A stretch of 64,000 bases of DNA from Lama glama (Eukaryota): assembly GCA_028534125.1 (NCBI GenBank), contig CM052832.1, forward strand, positions 16,804,001 to 16,868,000, in the 5' to 3' direction. The position numbers were made by a program, and so were the translations under genes. Under the pieces are notes generated by a model that was given only the letters and a program-made list of their open reading frames with translations, ran no database searches and was not told the origin of the DNA. This document shows positions 53,080 through 64,000 of this stretch, one piece after another; the stretch's first letter is position 1; the number at the start of each line of letters is the position of its first letter.

Positions 53080-54859
53080 GTGAGTTCTGGGGGGCCTCGC
53101 CCATGGCTCCCCGGGTGCCATCTTGGTTCTCCCGAAGGGCGGGAGGGGCGTGCCTCGGGTACGACTGGGTGGAGGAGACTTGGAAATTTGCCTCTGGGAT
53201 TATAATACTCATCCTTACTTGAGGCCCCTCCCTGAGTTTAGGTGTGAAGACACAGGGAGACGTTGGGCCAGGAGGGAACCCGTGGGATGGAGATCAAAGA
53301 TGGTGGCCCATTGGATTGGAGCCGAGGGTCGTGGACGCCAGCTGAGTTAGCCAGTTATAAGAATGGAGTTAATACTGTCTCCATGGAGGCGTCCTACTTT
53401 CTGTACCTGTCAACATTTTCCCTTTAGGGTAACATCTTTTTAAGTGATTCGCACCCATACTGTTTTGAGTTTTCATCTCATTCGTTCTTTCATCAGGGGG
53501 GCAAGGTTAATTTTACGGTTGGTTCATGAATATATACCGAATACTTATAACAGTACCAGGTGCGCAGTAACTACTGTTAAATAAATATGATGGACCCTTG
53601 GGAAAAAGACACAGTTCTGCTGGTCCGTTTCTCAAGGGGGTTCGTGAGGCAGAAATGGAAAGTATAGCTACACTATGGTGAAAACTGTTAGGATAAGTAC
53701 AAGTCCATTGACCACCGTGCAACACTTAGGATGCATCAGTAACACTAGAAAGCATAGAAGACTCTAGGCAAGGCTTTGCTGAGGAAGTGACATTTGACAG
53801 TAAAGTGTGGGTAGGAGGTGAACCAGAAAACTAGGATCAGAGGGCCAAGGAACTGGCTAAGGCCCGCAGATGTGAGGGACAATGGGGACAGTGTGTTCAG
53901 AGATTGGGGAGAAGATCCGTGTGGCTGAACCATAGGCTTGGGTGAGGTGGGGCTGGGGCATACATTTCAGGACATGAGGTTCTGATGGTGGAGAATATTG
54001 TTAAGGAGTTTAGGTTTTACTTTATCCTTCTGGGCATGGAGAGCCATCAAAGAATATTAAACAGAGGAGAGACATTATCTGGGTGACCTTGAACAAGTAC
54101 CTTAATCCATCTATACTACGACTTCATTTAAGAAATAAAAAATAATAATACTTCACAGGTTTCTTGTGACGATTAAATTAGTCAGCCAATATAAAGTAGT
54201 TAGAACAATGCTTGACACCTAGCAAGCCTCTCTACCTGTTCATTGTTATGATTCTTTGCAGTTTAGTCTGATCACACTGAGCTGGTCTGATAAAGTGTAA
54301 AAAGTATGGGCTTTGCAACCAGGAACACATTTATTTCAACTCTTTTCACATAGCTGCTATGTTCTCCTGGACAAATGATTTAATATTTTTAGTCTTAGTT
54401 TCCTAAATGCCTGCCTCAATGCCTGATACATAATTGATACTTGACAAAAGTTAGTTCCCTTTAAAATAGTTTTTTCAGATTGGCTTGCAACCCCATAGTG
54501 GATAGCGAAGTCAATTTACTGGTTTGCAAGTTGGCATTTAAAAAATAGAGAATAGAAAAACAGAATGAGAACTATCAGTGTGTTAAATATATTAAGGCTA
54601 AGCATTGTTTCTCACAACATTTGTCTATAAATAAACATGTTTTGGATATCTTTGTGTACTCGGGACCCTGTAATAGTTCTTATCCTGTGCACAAAGATAT
54701 TTTTTAAATACTTAGATGGATAACAACAGAATGGTTGGCAGAAAGAGGAGTGTCAGCCTCTGTAACTGTCCAGGTTTATCCTGTGCATCAGTCTCCTCTC
54801 TGAGGCTGTGTGTGTGAACCATTGACCGAGAGGATAATAATGTGTTTTCTTCCCAGATC

Positions 54860-57800
54860 ATGGAGGACACCCAGGTTGTTAACTGGGATGTTGAAGAAGA
54901 GGAGGAAGTCGAAGAGAGACCCAGTGAATCTTTGGGGTGTAGCTTGGAGCCCCTAGGGCAACTGCGTATCTTCAGTAGTTCCTATGGACCAGAAAAAGGT
55001 CAGGGGCATTGGGTGCTGAAATACTGGTATAGGCCTCTTATTTCTATGGGGAAGTAATTGGAGGGTTGCAAGCTTACATATGGCTCAAGGAGATCTGAAA
55101 AAATGTTTTCTTGGGAATGGAAAAGAGAGGGCTGACTGAGTTGATTGCTCCAGGCCCTGGACTCAATGAGGGTGATTTTACTTTGGTGGGAGAGGGTGAA
55201 GGGATTCAAATAAAAATCCAGTGAGGTCTGGAAATGGATGGTGGCGATGTTTTGCACAACAACGTGAATGTACTTAATGTCACTGAACCAAATACTTAAA
55301 AGTGGTTAAATGAAAAAAAAAAGCGGTTAAATGGTAAATTTTATGTATATTTTACCAAAATAGAAAATAATCCAGTGTGGACGGCAAGGGAGATTGACTA
55401 TAAATAACACGTTACGTGTACTGTTTATTACCTAGATATCCTAGGGCTTTTTATTTTTCTAATGCATGTGGGGACCTTGAGTGAGTAGTGGGGTACTTTA
55501 CAGGAACATTTTCCTAATAGCAGGCCAGGACTCTGGACTTAGAACCTTTCTACCTCTCTAATTCTTTTTTTTTAAATTGAAGTATGGTTGATTTACAGTG
55601 TTGTGTTAGTTTCTACCTCTTTAAATTTTAGATTTCCCACTATACCTTGGGAAGAACGTGGTAGGCCGAATGCCTGAATGCTCCGTGTCCCTGCCCTTTT
55701 CATCCATCTCCAAACAACATGCAGTGATTGAAATCTTGGCCTGGGACAAGGCACCGGTCCTTCGGGATTGTGGGAGCCTCAATGGTACTCAAATCCTAAG
55801 GCCTCCTAAGGTCCTGGGCCCCGGGGTGAGTCATCGTTTGAGGGACCGGGAGATTATTCTCTTTGCCGACTTGGCCTGCCAATACCATCGTTTGGATGTT
55901 CTTCCACCTTATGTCTCCCGGGGCCCTCTAATTGTAGAGGAGACACCCAGGGTACAGAGAGGAACTCAACCCCACAGACTTCTGTTGGCTGAGGACTCTG
56001 AGGAGGATGTTGGTAAGTTAGTGTATTGGGAGGGCTGGTGAGGAGATGGGCATGGTGAGTATGAAACTGTCAACTTATTCCTTTCTGCTCCTGAAAGATT
56101 CTCCTGAAAGGCGTGTGGTGAAAGAACCAAGGACCTTCTCTTTGGCAACAGTAGTTCCAGAGAGGTGAGTGCCAAAGGCCAGACATTGGAGCCTTCGAAA
56201 GGACGAGGAGGCAGGGGTTGGAAAATTCTTACGAGATCTTATGAGAGCCAGTGACCATGAAATTTGAAGCTGGGGAGCCCCACATACCCTTTCACTCAGC
56301 TGAATTTTTATTGAGCACCTCTGATGTGCCAAGCAGAGAACTAATTGTTGGAGATAGAAAAGCAAATAGCACCTCGTGTCTGCCTTCCAGGAGCTCCCAG
56401 TTGAGTGAGGTATCCTATCTTGGGAGGTAGATTCTCTAGACTCTTTCTCTTCTCTTCACAGCGATGAAGAGGGGCCTTCCCCTGCCCCGGATGGCCCAGG
56501 GCCACCTTTTGCCTTCCATCTGAACAGTGACACAGGTGACAAAGAAAGTCAACAACGAGGATCAGGGGAGGCCTCCTCTGCTGCCGGAAGAGGGCCTGCT
56601 GCAGAGACAGAACCACTGAAACCTGTCACAACTGAAATCCAGCTTGAAAAGGATCAGTGTTCATCGAGGGAGAGGAACCAGGACACAGAGGTCAAGCCAG
56701 GTGCAAGGAATGGTGTGGTTCCAGTCGGAGTGATTCTGGAGAGGAGCCAGCCTGCTGAGGAGGACAGTGACACAGATGTGGACGATGAGAGCAGGCCTCC
56801 AGGACGGCCTGCTGTGGTCCATTCCGAAAGGGCCCAGCCTTCTGGCTTCATAGACAGTGATACTGATGAGGAAGAAGAGGGGATCCCTGCCACCCCAGCC
56901 GTAGTTCCTGTGAAGAAGAGGCAAATCTTCCACGAAGTTGGTACAGAGCATCCCCGGGCACCTGATGAGGCACGTCTGCAGGACAGCCCGGCTGGTAGTG
57001 ATACAGATATAGAGGAAAGGGAGGCCCGCCTGACGGGTCCTCTGGAGAGAAGCCAAGGCTCCATGGTGATCGACGGCGACACAGATGATGAGGAAGAAGT
57101 CTCAGCGGCGCTGACTCTGGCCCGTCTGAGAGAGAGCCAGGCTGTCATGTGGAACAGAGGTTCGGGCACAGAAGCGGACAGGGCCCAGCCTGTGGTCCTT
57201 TTGGAGCCAAGCCAAGCCTCTGCAGGGAGAGACAGTGACACAGATGTGGAGGAAGAGGGGCTCCCACTGGAAAAGATAGGAACTGTTCCCAAGGGTCACA
57301 CAGACAAGACACATTCAGAAAAGAGCCAACCTTCTCTCAGGGGCAGTGACATAGAGGCAGAGGAAGATAAGAGCTCCCCTGGGGTCCATCTGGAGAGAAG
57401 CCAGGCCTCTGCTTCAGTGGGCATCAACCCACAAGTGGAGGAAGAAGTCCCACCAGGGCCAGCGGTTATACTTCTGGACAAGCATCAGGTACCTGTGGCG
57501 TGGACAGGTCAAACAGATGTGGAAGCAGAAGGAGGCCCAGCAAAGCTGCCTGTGGTGCATCTAGAGGAAGCCCAGCCTCTTCCAGCTGGAGGCTGTGAAC
57601 CAGATGTGGAGGAAGATACCTCCTTAGCAGCCTCCGTGGTGGCAGATGTAAGCAAGAGCCAGCTGCTGGCAGAAAGGGATGCTGGGACAGAGTGGGCTTC
57701 AGCCGTTCTTGAACAGGACAGAGCTCTTAAAGCTGGGGCCCAGGATGGGTCACAAGCGGAGCCAGGCCTTCACTCTGTCTCAAGGGAGAACTTAGCAGAT

Positions 57801-60800
57801 CTGGTGCTGGACACAGGCACTCCAGGGGAACCCACTCAGTCACAAAGAGAGAGAGCCCAGCCCCCCCCAGAAAGGGAGAGAGAACCACATGTGGACAGGA
57901 CCATGAACTCTGGAGACAACCATGATGGTAAGTGCTGGCCTGCCTTCCTCCCTTGACACCTAAAGTAAAGAATGCTTATGTGGTGTCTTAGTCCATTCGA
58001 GCTGCTATAACAAGATACTGTAGACTGAGTAGCTTATGAAAAAACAGAAATTTTCCCTCACAGTTCTAAAGTCGGGGAAATCCAAGATCAAGACACTAGC
58101 AGATTCAGTGTTCGGTGAGGCCCTGCCCTTTGTTCACAAGCAGCCACTTTCTCACTGTGTCCTCACATGGCAGAGGGCACAAGGGAGCTCTCTGGGGTCT
58201 CTTTCAGAAGGGCTCTAATCCCATTCGTGAGGGCTTCATCCTCATGACCTAATCACCTCCCAAAGAAGGCCCCACCTCCTAATATCATCACATTGGGAAT
58301 TAGGTTTCAATATAAGAATTTTGACACAAAGATTTAACCCACTGTATGGGGGTCAGGGCTGAGGAGTTGTTCTTGTTCTGAACAGTAAAGAAAATGTTAG
58401 ACATTAAGATGAGATATGATTTTTAAATTATCTATCCTGTATTCCTCCCGACCAGATTCTGAAGACCTGGACCTACAAGCTACCCAGTGCTTTGTGGAGA
58501 GAGAGAACCCAAGCCTGAAAGGTGAGGGCATCTATGCTGCATAGGTACTGGTACAAGCAGGAGCCGGGGGATTAGACTGGTGGTCCCTGAAGGGTGTGAA
58601 AGCCAGAGCAGGCAGGGCGGGAGACTGGGAACGGGATCCAGAGGTAGGTGGAGGAGCAGTGCTCAGACCAGGCTTTCTTGTGCAGCAGTCCCCAGCATGG
58701 AGGATGAACCCACCCAGGCCTTCCTGTTTACTCTGCCCCAGGAGCCTGGCCCTTCCCGTTGCAGCTTCCAGGCCACAGGTATAAGAAACTCTCCGCTCCT
58801 CTGTGCCCCTAACTTGACCTCCTGTTTTGTCCCTCTGTGCATTTCTTTCATATTCTTTGACATTTAGCTGATATTTCTTCATCTCATCAGAAAAAGAAAA
58901 AAATGCCGTATTAAGTCAGACCCATAGAGCCACCAGCCTAGCATCATTTTTTAAGAGGTTACTGAAAGAGCTTTTTTTATTTTTTAATGGAGGTACTGGG
59001 GATTGATCCCAGGACCTCGTGCATGCTAAGCATGCGCTGTAACACCGAGCTATACCCACCTGCCTGAGAGAGCTTTTACATGAAGGTATGGTGTCACTTT
59101 TTGAGACAAACATTAAATGTTGATTATCTTCCTTATTCCAGCTTTCCTTTACTAACCCATTTAAATGTATTATGCATGAATTTATCTTAATCTCTTCTCA
59201 AGCTACCACCTTTTCAACCTACATCCCTCTCTCTCTCTGAATTTGCTTCCAGGTGCCCTGGATGAGCCATGGGAGGTCTTGGCTACACAGCCATTCTGTC
59301 CAAGAGAGTCTGAGGCTTCTGTGACCCAGCCCATTGCCACCCACCTTGAGGCCCAAAGATCTTGTCCTTCTCCACCTGGGGCAGCACTGCCAGAGCAACA
59401 TCCAGAGAGCCCACTGGGGATGCAGGGCAGAGGGATGCAGACTGTGGAGAAAGACATGGGTACACCAAGAGAAACAGCAGAGAGGGTGACCCCTGAGACA
59501 GGGCCATTGGAGAGGGAAACCAAGAAACTGCTATCAGAGGGAGAGAGGGAAGATGCAGTGGGAGAGGAAGAATTAACCAGGGGGATACAGGACAGAGAAC
59601 AAAAACAGGTGTTAGCTAGAGATGCTCAGAGACAAGAGTCTGACAACAAAGTGAAAAGTGCAAGTACTGAAAGGGATACGAAGAATTTGAAGGTAGAAAT
59701 TGAGACACCCAAGGAAATACAAGAGAAAGAGGCAGAGCAGCAAATTCTTGCAAGAGAAGTAAATGAAAGAGAAGCAGAGAAAGAAGGGTCAGAGAGAGAA
59801 CATGAGGCAGGTGGGTTAGAAGTAAAGGTACTCAAAGTGATACTGGAGAGAAACCCACAAAGATGGGAGGCAGAGAAGGGGGGCCAGGACCAGAAAGGCC
59901 AGGCCTCCAGTCTGACACCAGAACCTGGAGTGGGGTTGAGGGACCTTCAGGGACTTGCTTCAGCACCAGTAGCTTCTGGGAGCCAGTCAGGTGGAGGAAG
60001 GGGAGCCCCAGTGAACCCCAGGAGGCAGCAGAGAGGTAAGTGAAGGTAGAGGGGAGCCAAGGTGGCTCACAGTCCTCATGATAATCAGCCCCTGAGTGAC
60101 TGACTGCTGAGACTTCAGCTGCGTGTCTTTACCTTTGTCTAGGCCAGTTGAACTGCAAGATGCCACCTGCTGAGAAAGCTTCCAGGGTGAGAACTGCTTT
60201 CTCTACCCCCACCCCACCCCACAAGTCATCTCACTATTCCCTCCACTGCTCCTTGCCTGACCTTGCTTTCATCCACCCTTCCCCCCATTCTCACTTTCCT
60301 TCCATTTTCACTGCTCCTTAGTTGATTTCTATCTGTTTACCTTGACACCTGTTGTTCTCCATATCTGTTTCCCAAGTTCTGTCTCCCTCTACCTGACTCA
60401 AAAAGAAGGTTCCTGTCTTCGGGTCTCTTCCCTCTTTCTCCCAACTGTCTTCTTTATTACCATCATTCATACTCAGAGAACACTATACTGGCATCCTGGG
60501 GAGACGTCTTCAGGAAAGAGGGCTGCTTCCTCCCCAGAAAGTCCCTGGTCTAATGGAGGAGGGGTCCCAGACAGAAAGAAAAATGCCACTGAGCACCCTC
60601 TAACGGGAAACAAGTATCAGGAATAGGATTGGGGGTGGGGAGGGTAGAGCTGAGTGGTAGAGTGTGTGCTTAGCATGCACGAGGTCCTGGGTTCTCTCTC
60701 CAGTACCTCCATAAAAATAAATAAATAAAAAGAATAGTATCCAAGTCCTTTCTCTCTCCTTTCCGCCTTTTCCTCCCTCACTGGCTTCTGTTTCTCCCTA

Positions 60801-63800
60801 GGGTGATCAGGATTCCCCAGAAGCTTGTTTGCCTCCTGAAGTACATGAAGCCTCAGCCTTTCTCCACAGCCCCCTCATCTCTCAGAGCCAAAAGCCTCCT
60901 GCACCTCAGTCTCTCCCTTCTCCCTCTCCTCCTCCTTTAGAACTGCCCATTCCCAGGACCAGGCAGAATGAGGGTCAGGAAGCACTAGGGACTTCCCTTT
61001 CCTCAGAGCTGGACCCTCCCTACCCAAACCCCAAAATCAGGCCCCAGGGGTCCTCTCCAGTTTCTTCTCTACCCTGTGAGCCCCACTCTACCACTCCCAC
61101 AGACCAGCCTGTCAGGGCTGAGCCCACATCTAGGGTCACTCGGAGCAGGACACAGAGGTCCTTGGAAATGACCCCTGTATCAGTTGTCCCCACAGCCCCT
61201 GAGCTCCAGCCTTCCACCTCCACAGACCAGTCTGTCACCCTTAAGCCCACACTTCAGGCCACTCGGGGCAGGACACATAGGTCCTCTGTCAAGACTTCCG
61301 AACCAATTGTCCCCATAACCCCTGAATTCCAGGCTTCCACCCCCACAGACCAACCTGTTGCCCCTGAGCTCACATCTAGGGCCACTCGGGGCAGGGCACA
61401 CAGGACTTCTGTCAAGACTTCTGACCCAGTTGTCCCCACAGCCCCTGAGCCCCAGCCTTCTACTTCTGCAGACCATCTTGTCACCCCCAAATCCACATCT
61501 CGGGCCGGTCGAGGCAGGACATATTGTTCTTCTGTCAAGACTTCTGAATCAGTTGTTCCCACAACACCTGAACCTCAGCCTTCCACCCCCACAGACCACC
61601 CTGTCATCCCTGAGCTCATATCTAGAGCTACTCGGGGCAGGACACATAGGTTCTCTGTCAAAACCCCTGAACCAGTTGTCCCCATAGCCCCCGAGTCTCG
61701 GCCTTCTGCCCCCACAGACCAGCCTGTTACCCCTGAGCTCACATCTAGGGCTACTCGGGGCAGGACACATAGGTCTTCTGTCAAAACCCCTGAACCAGTT
61801 GTCCCCACAGCTTCTGAGCCCCAGCCTTCCACTTCCACAGACCAGCCTGTAACCCCCAAACCCACATCTCGAGCCAGTCGAGACAGAACACACAGGTCTT
61901 CTCCCAAGACTCCTGAACCACGTGTCCCCACAGTCCCTGAGCGCCAGCATTCTGTCCCCACAGACCAGCCTGTTGCCCCTGAGCCCACATCTGGGGCCAC
62001 TCAGAGCAAGACATGTAGGTCTTCTGTCAAGACCCCTGAACCAGTTGTTCCCACAACCTCTGAGCCCCAGCCTTCCACCTCTAAAGACCAGTGTCTCACC
62101 CCCGAGCCTCCATCTCAGGCCACTCGGGGCAGGATACGTAGGTCCTCTGTCAAGACATCCCAACCAGTTGAACCCACAGCCCATGACCTCGAACCTCCCT
62201 CCCTCATAGACCAGCCTGTCACCCCTAAGGTAATAGCTCAGGGTGGTCAGAGCAGGACACTAAGGTCTTCTACAGTAAGTGCTGTGCCAGTTTCTACCAC
62301 CCCTGAATTCCAGTCTCCTGAACCCACAGAACAGCCCGTTCCCCCTAAGCCTATCCCTCAAGCCAATTGCAGCAGGAGGCCGAGGGCCACCAGGAAGCAT
62401 GGGTCTCTCCCAGCTCCCACTGTTCATGAGCCCTGCACTACACCCCCTGAACCTAACTCCCGGTCCTCGAGGAACCAAAGACGAGGAGCAGGGAGAGCAG
62501 CAGAGTCCGTTAGCACCATTCCTGAGCCTACCTTTGCCCAGCTTCCTGAGGTGCCCCCTCCTGCTCCCCAGATCCAAAAGGGGGAGGCAGCAGGTAGATC
62601 TGGCTTCACCCCAGAGCCCCAGCCTAAGGCCTCTCAAAACCGCAAGAGGCCTTTAGCTACTTCGGATTCACCCCCACTTCAAAAACGGCTCCGAAGGGGA
62701 GAAGTGCCCCAGAAGACGGCATTCTTCACAGAAGAAGAAAATACTGCAACGAGGCCGGGCAAGGAAGAGGTGAGGAGAGGGCAGGGGCCATGATGCTAGG
62801 AAAGGGCTTGGGGACTCAGAAATTCCCACCAAGTTCCCTCTCAATCCCAGGATGTAGTGATGCCAGGAGCAGTCAAGAGAAAGAGAGGCCAGGCGGAGGA
62901 GGAGCCCCCAGGAACACAGAGCCGCAGCCTCCGACGGACCAAACCTAACCAAGAGCCCACAGCCCCCAAAGTAGGAGACCGGGGCCCTGAGGCTTCATGG
63001 GAGATGAGGGAGGGTGGGAGGAGACCGAGGGGATTTGGGAGATGGGCGCTGAGACACTGGTTGCTGTGACCTGCTCAGGCTGACCCGCTTCACAGGTGCT
63101 CTTCACAGGAGTGGTGGATGCTCGTGGAGAGCGGGCAGTGCTGGCCCTGGGGGGCAGTCTGGCCAGCTCAGTGGCTGAGGCTTCCCACCTGGTGACTGAT
63201 CGGATCCGTCGGACTGTTAAGTTCCTGTGCGCCTTGGGGCGGGGCATCCCCATCCTCTCCCTGGACTGGCTGCACCAGGTGAGAGGCCAGGAGATGATGA
63301 TGGACCCACCCATAGAGATAGTGACCGGAGAAGACTGCTCACATAGGGCTCTAGAAAGCAGTGGGAGGAGTGTGCGTACAGGAAGATGAGGTTAGTGAGG
63401 TTTAATTCAAAAGACATTTCGTGAGCGCCCTGTAAATGCTAGACAGAAGAGCTGGGTGATGAGCCAGGCTGAGCTTTGATGCTGACTATTCCGTCCTTAG
63501 TCCCGCAAGGCAGGTTGCTTCTTGCCCCCAGATGAGTATGTGGTGACTGATCCCGAGCAGGAGAAGAACTTTGGCTTCAGCCTCCGGGAGGCCCTGAGCC
63601 GAGCTCAGGAGCGCAGGCTGCTGGAGGTGAGAGGCTGTCTTCTACGCCATGCTTCAGCCCTCCATCCAGACATTTCCCAAGGCTCCCCAGCCTCTCGTAT
63701 CATCTGCTGTCTCCACCATTGTCTTCCCTAGGGCTATGAGATTCACGTGACCCCAGGAGTCCAGCCACCACCCCTGCAGATGGGCGAGATCATCAGCTGC

Positions 63801-63842
63801 TGTGGAGGCACCTTCCTACCCAGCATGCCCCGGTCCTATAAG
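54860..63842 (+). CDS. MDC1: Mediator of DNA damage checkpoint 1, partial (1849 codons in window); exons 54860-54998, 55632-56012, 56098-56164, 56462-57927, 58456-58521, 58686-58778, 59253-60035, 60143-60186, 60802-62769, 62851-62970, 63096-63278, 63501-63626, 63732-63842
   Basis: MEDTQ N-terminus, FHA domain ([22 protein letters not shown]), SDTD repeats, TQxF motifs, PST repeats and tandem BRCT ([20 protein letters not shown]...[22 protein letters not shown]). Reading phase is consistent at every junction. Confidence 0.96.
57984..58345 (-). mobile_element. MaLR LTR (MLT1A-like) in an MDC1 intron
   Basis: tgtcttagtccattcgagctgctataacaa...ctcatgacctaatcacctcccaaag..gccccacctcctaatatcatcacattggg. 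Confidence 0.8.
58972..59060 (-). mobile_element. Vic-1-like SINE
   Basis: SINE consensus; TSD-like ctga(a/g)agagctttt. Confidence 0.85.
60631..60731 (+). mobile_element. Vic-1-like SINE
   Basis: gggtagagctgagtggtagagtgtgtgcttagcatgcacgaggtcctgggttc..cagtacctccataaaaataaataaataaa. Confidence 0.85.
61099..62340 (+). repeat. MDC1: MDC1 PST coding tandem repeat, 123-nt / 41-aa unit, about 10 periods
   Basis: TDQPV-type anchors recur at 61099, 61222 ... 62326; the span of 1227 nt equals 10x123 minus 3. Confidence 0.92.
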
Positions 63843-64000
63843 GTAGGGGTGGGGTGTTCAGATGTGGTGAGGTGGCTGTTAAGAGGGGCTGGAATGGGAA
63901 CAGGTTGGAGGAAGAATGGAGGTACAGATGGACACAATGTAGCCAGAGGGTGGGGGAAGACCTATGGGACAGAAAGGGATAGAAAAGAGGAAAGAAGTCT

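Noticed and set aside
61020..62184. Repetitive antisense ORFs
   Set aside because: Shadows of the MDC1 PST coding repeat.

Overview
This is mammalian genomic DNA from the conserved framework block of the MHC class I region. It is almost certainly a camelid: about 14 copies of a tRNA-derived SINE look like the camelid Vic-1 type, but camel versus alpaca/llama cannot be decided from the sequence. Four protein-coding genes reconstruct with GT-AG junctions: IER3 (+, 155 aa), FLOT1 (+, 427 aa), TUBB (-, 444 aa) and MDC1 (+, last exon beyond the window end). The first ~33 kb has no intact gene and is rich in L1, L2, MaLR and ERV solo LTRs, DNA-transposon relics and SINEs. That stretch hides a frameshifted processed NDUFB9 pseudogene missed by the ORF track, an orphan CpG-rich promoter-like element, a ~270 bp diverged direct duplication, two inverted same-family solo LTRs, a three-level L1 nest and a likely IER3 enhancer. 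I do not see a wholly new biological system. The best leads are the pseudogene with its neighbouring promoter, stop-free in-frame introns in IER3 and FLOT1, and altered MDC1 docking motifs and PST repeats. Repeat family names are by-eye recognitions and their boundaries are approximate.
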